Shown: positions 1-8,420, counted from the first letter of the stretch. The stretch: 32,000 bases of DNA from Rickettsiales bacterium (GCA_031260805.1 JAISKV010000002.1:8333-40332); one strand, 5' to 3'. A program made the numbers and translations. Notes: generated by a model from the sequence alone, not told the origin.

Positions 1-6
1 AACCAG

Positions 7-1089
7 ATGAACCAGAATCAGACGCAAATAACGCTGGGTACCTATGTCCCGCCCGAAGCGCGGCTGGCAAAATCATTCATGACTGCAATGTCGTCATTGG
101 CCAAGGTGTTGGACAGGTCCCTGGTCCCGTTCATGACCGCGTTCATATTCGCGCTGTTCGCATTCTGGCTGGTGCTGGAATCGTACAACATTGTGCAGAA
201 CGGCGGGGAAGTAAAAAAATTCTGGCACAGCGTCGTGTGGAAGGTCGTAATCATCGGCGTCTGGGTCTGGTTTATCAACAACACTTACTTTTTTATGGAG
301 ATTTTCGGGCCTGTCATTGACTTTGGCGGATACATAACCAAGTTCTTTCTGGATTCAATAATCACGGAATCAGGCACGGCGATACCGGACAACTGCCCCG
401 CGATAACCCAATACATGTCAAATTTCAATGGCGCGATTTCACCCCAGCGCGCGGCAAACCTGGTCTGCGCGCCAACGCGGATGTCGGGAATACTATGGAC
501 GGCGGTGCATGCCGGATTCACTTGGATAAAAACATGGAACCCGCTGCAAATGGTTGTCGGCATCGCGTTCGTATGGGTGTTTCTGAAAGCCGTCTGGAAA
601 TTCGCGCTGATGGCGCTGAATGTTATTGTAGACCTGTTCTTGTGCCTGATACTGCTGCCTTTTACCGCGCTGACCGAATGCTTTGCCGGCGGCACGCAAT
701 TAAAAGGCATCGCCGGGGACATATTCACCAAGTTCGCGACAATGTTCAATGCGGCCAGTTTCGAGAATCAAATCGCGCGCTTCATTAATGCGGTCGTGTT
801 CTTTATATCATTGTCAGTGGTTATCGGCATTTGCGGCGCGATTTTGTCAAACACAATAAGCCCGGATCTGGCGTCAAAAACACCGACATTGCAAGACACC
901 AGTTTTATGGTAATATTGATATCCGGCGCGCTGGTCGCGTATCTGGCCAGCAAAGCGGAAGAGATTGCCGGCAACCTGGGCGGCAAGATAGAAGGCAAAC
1001 TGGCCGAAAATGTAATCGGCGAAGCCAAACAGTTCGGCAAGGGCGCGCTGGGCATCGGAAAACAAGTTTGGAAAAACTGGGGAAAGTAG
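7..1089 (+). CDS. Polytopic inner-membrane protein, possibly TrbL/VirB6-like; may be 5' truncated by the window edge
   Basis: The 360-aa ORF has multiple hydrophobic helices, a Cys/Trp-containing loop and a Gly/Lys-rich C-terminal tail. The frame is open to position 1. The family call is pattern recognition only. Confidence 0.35.
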   Translation: MNQNQTQITLGTYVPPEARLAKSFMTAMSSLAKVLDRSLVPFMTAFIFALFAFWLVLESYNIVQNGGEVKKFWHSVVWKVVIIGVWVWFINNTYFFMEIFGPVIDFGGYITKFFLDSIITESGTAIPDNCPAITQYMSNFNGAISPQRAANLVCAPTRMSGILWTAVHAGFTWIKTWNPLQMVVGIAFVWVFLKAVWKFALMALNVIVDLFLCLILLPFTALTECFAGGTQLKGIAGDIFTKFATMFNAASFENQIARFINAVVFFISLSVVIGICGAILSNTISPDLASKTPTLQDTSFMVILISGALVAYLASKAEEIAGNLGGKIEGKLAENVIGEAKQFGKGALGIGKQVWKNWGK

Positions 1090-1094
1090 GGGTG

Positions 1095-1258
1095 GTTGTT
1101 AGTTATTAATTATTAGTTATTATACCATTGTGCGCGCTGCGACAATTCCGCCACCACAAACAAAAGTATAATAATTAAGACAGTGGGCCAGTTCCCCTCC
1201 TTTGGAGGGGAACTGACCATAAACAAAAGTATAATTACTAATAATTAATAACTGACAA
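1095..1258. repeat. TAATAAC-armed MITE/RPE-like element, copy 1, carrying a nested 48-bp insertion
   Basis: The left arm gttgttagttattaattattagttattata (1095-1124) is followed by the 42-bp core (1125-1166). The right arm is gtataattactaataattaataactgacaa (1229-1258). The 15-bp direct repeat aaacaaaagtataat (1158-1172 and 1221-1235) flanks a GC-rich hairpin. Confidence 0.9.
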
Positions 1259-1279
1259 TGACGCAAGGAGTTAAAAAAC

Positions 1280-2371
1280 ATGCTATCGCAATTATTATAC
1301 AATTACGGGTTTGATATTTTCGGGCGCTCGTCCGCGAACTTTGTCTGCGGATTCTCGGCCGCTTTTCTGATAATGCTAACATTCGGCCGCTGGTTCACAA
1401 ATAAAATGCGCGTATGGCATGGCCGCGGCCAGCCAATCCGCAGCGACGGCCCGCAATCGCATCTGGTCAAGTCAGGCACCCCGACGATGGGCGGCATACT
1501 GATTCTGGCCGCGATAACCGTTTCAGGGCTGGCGTTCATGGATTGGGGCAATGCGACGGCTTGGATTGCATTGGCGGCGCTGCTGGGATTCGGACTTATC
1601 GGATTTATTGACGACTTTGCCAAGGTAAAGCGAAAATCTTCCGAAGACAAAGACGCAATCATGTCGCCAAAAATTCGTTTAATTCTGGAAGGCGTGCTGG
1701 TTATCGTTCTGACATATTTCATAAACAAAACCATGCCGGTTTATATTCCGGAATTGTCGCTGACGATTCCGTTTGTCGGAATATTCACTCTCGGGATTTT
1801 TTACTTTGTCTGGTCTTACTTTGTGATAGTCGGCAGCACGAACGCGGCGAATATAACGGACGGGCTGGACGGCATGCTGGCCAAGGTTATCATACCGGTG
1901 CTGGGCGTTCTGCTGGTCGCGGTGTTTGCGGCGACGCATCTGGACTTTTTCAGCGGCAGCCTGTTTCTGCCATCCGCGGCCGGACTGTACCCATTGCTGG
2001 GCGCGGCATTGGGCGCGGTGCTGGGCTTTTTATGGTTTAACGGCGCGCCGGCCGCGATATTCATGGGCGATGTCGGGTCCTTGGCGCTGGGCGGATTTAT
2101 AGGCACCGTCGCGATGCTGTTAAAGTCGGAAATTATCATGGGAATCGCCGCATTGATGATGGTTGTGATTCTGCTGTCTTCATTGCTGCAAAAAACATGC
2201 TTTAAGATTACGAAAAAACTGACCGGGACCGGGCGGCGGATTTTCAAGATGGCCCCATTGCATCATCACTTTGAGTTGTCCGGCTGGGCGGAAACAAAAA
2301 TATCAGAACGGTTCTTTATCATGTCGCTGCTGTTTTCCGCAATCGCGCTGGCAATCATGAAACTGGGCTGA
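1280..2371 (+). CDS. mraY: Phospho-N-acetylmuramoyl-pentapeptide transferase
   Basis: Contains the motifs NAANITDGLDGM, GDVGSLALGGFIG and APLHHHFE. An AAGGAG Shine-Dalgarno sequence lies 9 nt upstream, and the gene sits in dcw context. Confidence 0.95.
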   Translation: MLSQLLYNYGFDIFGRSSANFVCGFSAAFLIMLTFGRWFTNKMRVWHGRGQPIRSDGPQSHLVKSGTPTMGGILILAAITVSGLAFMDWGNATAWIALAALLGFGLIGFIDDFAKVKRKSSEDKDAIMSPKIRLILEGVLVIVLTYFINKTMPVYIPELSLTIPFVGIFTLGIFYFVWSYFVIVGSTNAANITDGLDGMLAKVIIPVLGVLLVAVFAATHLDFFSGSLFLPSAAGLYPLLGAALGAVLGFLWFNGAPAAIFMGDVGSLALGGFIGTVAMLLKSEIIMGIAALMMVVILLSSLLQKTCFKITKKLTGTGRRIFKMAPLHHHFELSGWAETKISERFFIMSLLFSAIALAIMKLG

Positions 2372-2374
2372 TTT

Positions 2375-3508
2375 ATGAGACGCGAACAAAGCCGTTTTAC
2401 CGATTGGTTCTTTCAGATTGACATGCGGCTGCTGGTCCTGCTGCTGATACTGACCGGCATCGGGATATATGCGGTGTTCACTGCCGGCAGCGTTGCGGCC
2501 GAACGAACCGGGCGCGATTGGTATTACTTTGTCATGAAAATGCTGCCGAATTATGGCATCGGCATCTGCGCCTTTCTGATATGTTCCGTGCTTAACAAAA
2601 AATCAATCAAGTGGCTGGGGCTGGCCAGCGCCGTATTCTGCGGCGCGCTGCTGCTGGTATCGCTGGCTGCGCCGCACATGGTTAACAATTCCGCGCGGTT
2701 TGTCGCGCTGCCGGGCCTGGGCAATGTTATGCCGGCCGATTTGTTAAAGCCAGGATTTATCATCATGACCGCATGGTTTCTGTCCGGACTGCAAAAAAAG
2801 CATGTGAATATTTTCAGTCTGGACGCGCTGAAAAAACTGACCGGGTGGTGGATTTATTTAATCCCGTTCGCCGCGGTTATCGCGATTATTTTCAATCATC
2901 CGGATGTCGGAACCGCGCTGCTGTACATCGCGGTCTTGGGCGGAATGCTGTTTATCGCCGGCGCGCCGGCCAAGATTGTCGGGCTGATGGGGCTGGGCGG
3001 CGCCGGGCTGCTGACCATCGGATACTTTTGCTTTACCCATGTGCACAACAGATTGAACGCGATGTTCGCGGGCGAACTGTCATTCCAGACGCGGCAGTCA
3101 ATCCAGGCAATCCAGCACGGCGGATTGACCGGCAGCGGGGACGATTCATTTATAAAACAGTCCCTGCCCGATGCGCATACGGACTTTGTGTTTTCGGCGT
3201 TAAGCGAGGATTTGGGCGCATTTGTATCAATCGCGATTCTCGTGCTGCTGTTTCTGGTTATACGAAGACTGTTTGACATGGCGCGCGATGCCAAGTCCCA
3301 GTTTGTATTTTTCGTTTTGTGCGGCACGCTGCTGCTGTTCGGATTGCAGTCCTGCATAAATCTGATGTCGGCGCTGCATATTTTTGCTATCAAGGGGATG
3401 ACCCTGCCATTTATCAGTTATGGCGGCAGCAGTTTTATTTCATATTGCGCTTTGTTCGGCATGGTGATCGCGCTGGTGCGCGAAGACAAATGGGGGATAA
3501 AAAAATGA
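2375..3508 (+). CDS. ftsW: SEDS-family cell-division peptidoglycan glycosyltransferase FtsW
   Basis: Contains the motifs DFVFSALSEDLG and KGMTLPFISYGGSS in a roughly 10-TM protein located between mraY and murG. Confidence 0.9.
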   Translation: MRREQSRFTDWFFQIDMRLLVLLLILTGIGIYAVFTAGSVAAERTGRDWYYFVMKMLPNYGIGICAFLICSVLNKKSIKWLGLASAVFCGALLLVSLAAPHMVNNSARFVALPGLGNVMPADLLKPGFIIMTAWFLSGLQKKHVNIFSLDALKKLTGWWIYLIPFAAVIAIIFNHPDVGTALLYIAVLGGMLFIAGAPAKIVGLMGLGGAGLLTIGYFCFTHVHNRLNAMFAGELSFQTRQSIQAIQHGGLTGSGDDSFIKQSLPDAHTDFVFSALSEDLGAFVSIAILVLLFLVIRRLFDMARDAKSQFVFFVLCGTLLLFGLQSCINLMSALHIFAIKGMTLPFISYGGSSFISYCALFGMVIALVREDKWGIKK

Positions 3509-4551
3509 AACCTGTGAAAATCTGGATTGCAACCGGCGGAACCGGCGGGCATATTTTTCCGGCAATCGCCGTTGCAAATGAACTGGCGCGGCGCGGAAAC
3601 AAAATCATAATCTCGTCCGACGGCCGCGGGATGCCGACCGTGCGGCGGAATGCTGGGTTCAAGACCGCCTGGATCTGGGCGTCCGGCGTCGGCGCAAAGT
3701 CAAAAATTCAACAGGTCTGGTCGCTGATAAAAATCGCAGCGTCCGCCGCCGCGCTGACGCTGCGTTTCGCGTTCGCGCGGCCTGCGCGCGTCATAGCGTT
3801 CGGCGGATACGCGTCGGTTCCTGTAATTCTGGCCGCGCATGTTTGGAAAATCCCGACAATCCTGCATGAACAGAACGCAGCCATCGGCCGCGCAAACGCT
3901 TTTTCATTGCGCTGGGTGAAAAAACTGCTGACAAGTTTTCCGACGGTCGGCGGCATTCCGGCAGGATTTAAGAATACGGTCTTTACCGGCCTGCCCGTGC
4001 GCGATGATTTCACAAGCCTGCTGCCGCCGAAACCGCACAAAGAATTCAACCTGCTGATAACAGGCGGATCCTTGGGCGCGCAGATTCTGGACACGGTTAT
4101 GCCGGACGCGATAAAATTGCTGAAAAACAAAAAGATTTTCATCACGCATCAAACGCGTCCGGAAAATGTGGCCAGATTGCAGAAACTGTACTCTGATGCC
4201 GGGATAAAAAATAATGTCCTGTCATTTATCCGCGATATGGCCGGTGAAATAAATAACAGCGATTTGATAATCGGGCGCAGCGGGGCCAGCACGGTCGTAG
4301 AAATCCAAACAGTCGGCCGGCCTGCAATCTTTGTTCCACTGGCCGTTAATCCCGACCAGTTGGCGAACGCGGAATCTTTTGCGAAAACCGGCGGCGGAAT
4401 TGTTATCAAGCAGCCTGAATTCACGCCGAAAAGAATTGCCGGGGAATTGGATGACTTGATGGCAAATGCAAAGTTATTGGAAAAAATGCGCAAAGCGGCC
4501 AAACAGCCGAACGACGCGACAAAACAAATCGCAGATGAAGTATTGAAATAA
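3505..4551 (+). CDS. murG: UDP-GlcNAc:lipid I N-acetylglucosaminyltransferase
   Basis: The N-terminus reads MKPVKIWIATGGTGGHIFPAIAVANEL, with later GGSLGA and GASTVVE motifs. The start overlaps the ftsW stop as ATGA. The track ORF starting at 3319 is an upstream over-extension. Confidence 0.92.
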   Translation: MKPVKIWIATGGTGGHIFPAIAVANELARRGNKIIISSDGRGMPTVRRNAGFKTAWIWASGVGAKSKIQQVWSLIKIAASAAALTLRFAFARPARVIAFGGYASVPVILAAHVWKIPTILHEQNAAIGRANAFSLRWVKKLLTSFPTVGGIPAGFKNTVFTGLPVRDDFTSLLPPKPHKEFNLLITGGSLGAQILDTVMPDAIKLLKNKKIFITHQTRPENVARLQKLYSDAGIKNNVLSFIRDMAGEINNSDLIIGRSGASTVVEIQTVGRPAIFVPLAVNPDQLANAESFAKTGGGIVIKQPEFTPKRIAGELDDLMANAKLLEKMRKAAKQPNDATKQIADEVLK

Positions 4552-4559
4552 AACTTATC

Positions 4560-5612
4560 TTAATTCGCTTGATTATAAAATACAGTATTGGAAACCATAT
4601 CAAACATCGCGTTTTCGGTCGCAGTTATGCCATTAATAGATTCGCCGGCATAAATCGGAACAAAATTTCGCACCAGCAAATCATTCTTCCAAATCTTAAA
4701 ATAAAAGATCTTGCCATAAAACGGCGCATAGCCGAGATTTTCGGTCATCCCATCACTGGTAATTGCACCGATAATGAAATTAATCGGATAGCCTTGGGTA
4801 ATAGTGCAACTGTCCGGTCTTTTTACAACACCGTCAAGTATAACGCCTTCTTCGCGCCCCATAATAATCGTGTGAACATTCGTATCCCAATGCGGCATCG
4901 CGGTTGTCGCGGTTCCGCAATCGGCGCGGCCGTTTTGACTGGCCGCCATTAAAAAATAACAAAATCCATATTGCGAAGTTGACGACGGCATATTCCTGGC
5001 ACAAAATAACGCGCTTACTTGCCTGCCTATGCTTGGCAGATAATCAGACATCTGATATTTTGATTCAATTTTCCAATCGCCTTGATTATCAATGCCGGTG
5101 TCAAAATATGTCGGCGTTGTTAAATCAATCGTGCGCCCGCCCGCATTTACGCACTGCGACGGCAAAGACGCCCCGAGTATTTCCGTCGCGCAACCATCGC
5201 AAACAGTATCACAAGATATAAAATTACTTGATCCGACGGGGCAATACGCAAAGGACGGACATAAGAGGCATTCGCCATTATTAGTATATCGTCCTGCAAC
5301 ATTACAATTTAATAAATTCTTGGCCGCCCAATCCACGCCGGTCACATCAACAGCCCGCGTGGTTGCATAGGACGATGCGCGTAAATTTGTCGGCGTTGAA
5401 TACGCGCCTTGCTGATTCATTGCGTCAATAGCGGTCAACAGATATGTCGTGTTCGCAGGCGCTTGCAAATCAGTCGCATTCGCATTATATGGAACGGTTA
5501 TTCCAGTATTTGCAGAAATAGAATTATGGACATATTCAATAGTCGCCAATTGTCCGCCAAACGCAGGACTGAACAACGCGAGTAATATCAATGATAAATA
5601 TTTCTTAGTCAT
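4560..5612 (-). CDS. Secreted fibre/adhesin-like protein with an N-terminal tail-fibre-like motif, a Cys-rich middle and a C-terminal jelly-roll/lectin-like domain
   Basis: The signal peptide is MTKKYLSLILLALFSPAFG, followed by LATIEYVHNSI. A Cys cluster reads CPSFAYCPVGSSNFISCDTVCDGC. The C-terminal stretch FYFKIWKNDLLVRNFVP...MFDMVSNTVFYN resembles phage receptor-binding tips. Confidence 0.6.
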   Translation of the reverse strand: MTKKYLSLILLALFSPAFGGQLATIEYVHNSISANTGITVPYNANATDLQAPANTTYLLTAIDAMNQQGAYSTPTNLRASSYATTRAVDVTGVDWAAKNLLNCNVAGRYTNNGECLLCPSFAYCPVGSSNFISCDTVCDGCATEILGASLPSQCVNAGGRTIDLTTPTYFDTGIDNQGDWKIESKYQMSDYLPSIGRQVSALFCARNMPSSTSQYGFCYFLMAASQNGRADCGTATTAMPHWDTNVHTIIMGREEGVILDGVVKRPDSCTITQGYPINFIIGAITSDGMTENLGYAPFYGKIFYFKIWKNDLLVRNFVPIYAGESINGITATENAMFDMVSNTVFYNQAN

Positions 5613-5615
5613 AAA

Positions 5616-5945
5616 TTATTGGACCGGCGGCAGCGGCGGGGTCGCAACATTCAGAACCCCCGTTATTGTATAAGTGCCGGCCATTGTATATGTTCCGGTC
5701 GTCTGAACCGCATTCACCATGCGAGAATCATTGCCAAGCGCAACAGTTGCGGCACTTGTGCCGGTTGGAATTTGTGCGATTGGTATTTTCTGGTTTATGT
5801 CAAGCGACGCAAGACCGTTTGCCGAGCCTTTTAATGCAGCAATAATTTCATTAACATATTGGACGGATGCAATTTCTGCGGCGCGTGCATTTAATGCGAA
5901 AAATATACAAAATAATGAAAAAATTATGACGGGGATTTTTGCCAT
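5616..5945 (-). CDS. Small secreted protein with phage tail-fibre N-terminal motifs
   Basis: An internal ATG at 5945 gives the signal peptide MAKIPVIIFSLFCIFFALNARA, followed by IASVQYVNEI and GLASLDINQKIPIAQIPTGTSAATVALGND. The stop lies 4 nt from the next gene's start. The track ORF to 6062 only adds translation of the (CT)n tract. Confidence 0.6.
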   Translation of the reverse strand: MAKIPVIIFSLFCIFFALNARAAEIASVQYVNEIIAALKGSANGLASLDINQKIPIAQIPTGTSAATVALGNDSRMVNAVQTTGTYTMAGTYTITGVLNVATPPLPPVQ

Positions 5946-5980
5946 TTTTACCCCGCTTTTCTTAAAAACCCGCAGAAACC

Positions 5981-6023
<43 letters not shown>

Positions 6024-6066
6024 AAGATGACTTGGTGCAAAGCATAAATAATTTCCTACCAAATAT

Positions 6067-6096
6067 AGTATATCTGATTTTCATATACTGATGCAA
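6067..6096 (-). promoter_or_regulatory. Candidate sigma70-type promoter of the fibre operon
   Basis: The minus strand reads TTGCAT, an 18-nt spacer, then TATACT. This would place the (CT)20 tract in the 5' leader. Confidence 0.35.
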
Positions 6097-6111
6097 GTAT
6101 AAATTTTTTAC

Positions 6112-6139
6112 TTGCAATCTGATAAAAATATGCCATAAT
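6112..6139 (+). promoter_or_regulatory. Candidate promoter of rplU-rpmA-rpmH
   Basis: TTGCAA, a 16-nt spacer, then CATAAT, ending about 30 nt upstream of the rplU ATG. Confidence 0.4.
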
Positions 6140-6170
6140 TGCATAAAATTTTATGCAGAAAGGATAAAAT

Positions 6171-6470
6171 ATGGACAAATACGCAATATTTATTTCCGGT
6201 GCGAAACAATATCGGGTTCGGGTTGGCGATGTTGTCAAACTGGAAAAAATCGCGGGGGACGGCACTGTTGAATTTGACAGGGTCTTGATGATCGGCGATC
6301 GGGTCGGCACGCCGCAAATTGCCGGCGCGCGGGTTATCGGCGAAATTCTGGAACAAAAGCGCGACGATAAAATCTTGGTCTTCAAGAAGAAACGGCGTCA
6401 AAACTATCGCCGCACGCGCGGTCATCGCCAGTATCTGACGGTTGTCAAAATCAAGGAAATAAAAGAATAA
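6171..6470 (+). CDS. rplU: 50S ribosomal protein L21
   Basis: Matches YAIFISGAKQYRVRVGDVV...KKKRRQNYRRTRGHRQ. Confidence 0.95.
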   Translation: MDKYAIFISGAKQYRVRVGDVVKLEKIAGDGTVEFDRVLMIGDRVGTPQIAGARVIGEILEQKRDDKILVFKKKRRQNYRRTRGHRQYLTVVKIKEIKE

Positions 6471-6475
6471 ATTCA

Positions 6476-6551
6476 GTTGTTAATTATTAGTTATTATACT
6501 TTTGTTTGTGAATGAATAATAATTAATAACTAATAATTAATAACTATTAAC
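6476..6551. repeat. TAATAAC-armed element, copy 2 (core-deleted derivative)
   Basis: Both arms are present, but only ttttgtttgtg of the core remains. It has the same orientation as copy 4. Confidence 0.8.
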
Positions 6552-6569
6552 GACGCAAGGAGTTAAAAA

Positions 6570-6833
6570 ATGGCACATAAAAAAGGTGGGGCTTCAACCT
6601 CTAACGGACGCGATTCGGCAGGACGGCGTCTGGGTATTAAAAAAGGCGGCGGCCAGCGCGTCATTCCTGGCAACATCATAATTCGTCAGCGCGGAACCAC
6701 GGTCCATCCGGGCCTGAATGTCGGCATGGGCAAAGATCATACTATTTTTGCCAAGATTATCGGCAAGGTTTCGTTCAAGCGCGGAAACGGCGACCGCAAG
6801 AGCGTGTCGGTCATTCCGGACACCGCGGAATAA
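6570..6833 (+). CDS. rpmA: 50S ribosomal protein L27
   Basis: Matches [29 protein letters not shown]...IIIRQRGT. Confidence 0.95.
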   Translation: MAHKKGGASTSNGRDSAGRRLGIKKGGGQRVIPGNIIIRQRGTTVHPGLNVGMGKDHTIFAKIIGKVSFKRGNGDRKSVSVIPDTAE

Positions 6834-6865
6834 TTAATAAATATTAACGACGAAAGGAGTTAAAA

Positions 6866-7018
6866 ATGTCAACAAAAAGAACTTATCAGCCATCCAAGAC
6901 GCGCCGCGTGAAAACCCATGGTTTCCGTGCAAAAATGGCGACCAAATCCGGACGCGATGTGCTGAATCGCAGACGGGCCGAAGGGCGCAAGCGTCTGGCC
7001 GTATCAGCGGTGAATTAA
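6866..7018 (+). CDS. rpmH: 50S ribosomal protein L34
   Basis: A 50-aa ORF below the track cutoff reads [50 protein letters not shown]. It has an AAGGAG Shine-Dalgarno sequence and a terminator directly after it. Confidence 0.9.
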   Translation: MSTKRTYQPSKTRRVKTHGFRAKMATKSGRDVLNRRRAEGRKRLAVSAVN

Positions 7019-7044
7019 AAAAACGGGCGCACGCCCGTTTTTTT
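7017..7044 (+). terminator. Rho-independent terminator after rpmH
   Basis: An A-tract, then the ACGGGCG / CGCCCGT stem, then a T7 run. Confidence 0.75.
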
Positions 7045-7145
7045 AGTTTTCAGAGTTCAGGGTGCGGGGTTCAGTTTCTAGATAAAATCTGGGCATATCG
7101 CAGAAACAACTGGAAATTTTTGCGCGTGTTTTATATAATCGCTGT

Positions 7146-7964
7146 ATGAAAAATGAAATCAAACTTTTCCAGGATAAAAACATTCGCACACTGTGGGATG
7201 AGACGGCTGAAAAATGGTATTTTTCAGTTGTGGATATAGTCGGCATTTTGACAGAACAAGAAACTCTGGATGGCGCGCGCAATTATTGGAAAGTGCTGAA
7301 ATACCGCTTAAAAGAAGAAGGAAGTCAGTTGGTTACAAATTGTAACCAACTGAAAATGCAGGCCGCGGATGGGAAATTTTATTTGACCGATGTTGCGGAT
7401 ACTGAACAAGTTTTGCGCATAATTCAGTCAGTCCCATCGCCGAAAGCAGAACCCTTTAAGTTGTGGCTGGCGCGCGTCGGCAGCGAACGCATAGATGAAA
7501 TGTCGGATCCGGAAATCGCGATTCAGCGGGCATTGGATTATTACAAGCGCCTTGGGTATTCCGAAGGCTGGATTTTGCAACGGCTTAAATCCATAGAAAT
7601 CAGGAAAGAATTGACGAATGAATGGGAACGCGGCGGGATCAAAAAGGGTAAAGAGTTTGCTATTCTGACAGATGAAATGTATTCGGAATGGGCGGGATTG
7701 AATACTCGCGAGTATAAGAAATTGAAAGAACTACGCAAAGAATCCCTGCGCGATAATATGACTAATATTGAACTTGTCCTGAACATGCTGGCAGAAGTAA
7801 CGACGACGGAAATAACACAGCGCGACAAACCACATGGATTGGAACAAAATATGAAAGTTGCGCGGGCGGGCGCAAGCGTTGCAAAAACGGCAAAACTGGA
7901 TTACGAAAAGCGGACAGGTAAACGCGCGATAACCGGCCGCAATGCGAATGAATTGAAAAAATAA
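7146..7964 (+). CDS. Bro-N domain protein, DNA-damage-inducible protein D / phage antirepressor-like
   Basis: The N-terminus FQDKNIRTLWDETAEKWYFSVVDIVGILT...NYWKVLKYRLKEEGSQ is typical of the Bro-N family. Confidence 0.8.
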   Translation: MKNEIKLFQDKNIRTLWDETAEKWYFSVVDIVGILTEQETLDGARNYWKVLKYRLKEEGSQLVTNCNQLKMQAADGKFYLTDVADTEQVLRIIQSVPSPKAEPFKLWLARVGSERIDEMSDPEIAIQRALDYYKRLGYSEGWILQRLKSIEIRKELTNEWERGGIKKGKEFAILTDEMYSEWAGLNTREYKKLKELRKESLRDNMTNIELVLNMLAEVTTTEITQRDKPHGLEQNMKVARAGASVAKTAKLDYEKRTGKRAITGRNANELKK

Positions 7965-8010
7965 GAAAATAAAATGCAAATTCGTATTATTGATTCATCC
8001 CATCCTTAAA

Positions 8011-8343
8011 TCATGCTTCATACGGCCTTGGTGGCGGTTCGGAAACAACCGCTTTGGCGGCCCTGAAACAATTCGTTGTGCCGCACAGCGGCAGCAGGGA
8101 ATACTTTTTGTTCACTTCGCGGTCCAGAATTTTCTTTGCATTTGCCGGCGCGCGCATTCGTACAAAAACCCAGCCTGCATTTTCCAGCAATCTAATGCCT
8201 GTCTTGTTCAGGCGAATCTTTTTGTTCCCGTCCGGCCCGATATGATACATGTATCCGCGGTAAACAACGGCGCAATGCCGCCATCGCCGCAGGACCAGCC
8301 GCAGCAAAATCATATTTGTGTTTGGTGTGAATCCAATCAGCAT
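8011..8343 (-). CDS. Hypothetical protein
   Basis: A 110-aa ORF with no clear Shine-Dalgarno sequence and no recognisable family. It looks more protein-like than the overlapping plus-strand ORF. Confidence 0.3.
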   Translation of the reverse strand: MLIGFTPNTNMILLRLVLRRWRHCAVVYRGYMYHIGPDGNKKIRLNKTGIRLLENAGWVFVRMRAPANAKKILDREVNKKYSLLPLCGTTNCFRAAKAVVSEPPPRPYEA

Positions 8344-8418
8344 GATAAATATTTATGATTTATGAAATATGATTTATGAAAAGTATTTCCATAACTCATA
8401 AATCAGAAATCATAAACC
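8343..8418. repeat. Heptamer-armed hairpin, TGATTTA-type arm versus TCATAAA-type arm
   Basis: Period-7 arrays sit on both sides of a 16-nt loop. The 10-bp perfect stem core pairs tgatttatga (8370-8379) with tcataaatca (8396-8405). Confidence 0.7.
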
Positions 8419-8420
8419 CC

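Noticed and set aside
3319-3504. A 62-codon extension of murG overlapping the ftsW 3' end.
   Set aside because: The ATGA start/stop overlap at 3505 gives the canonical MurG N-terminus (KIWIATGGTGGHIFPA). The extension has an Arg-rich out-of-frame composition.
6056-6425. Minus-strand ORFs (6056-6385 and 6108-6425) overlapping rplU and its promoter.
   Set aside because: They overlap a confidently identified ribosomal protein gene on the opposite strand, and their sequences are low-complexity and unprotein-like.
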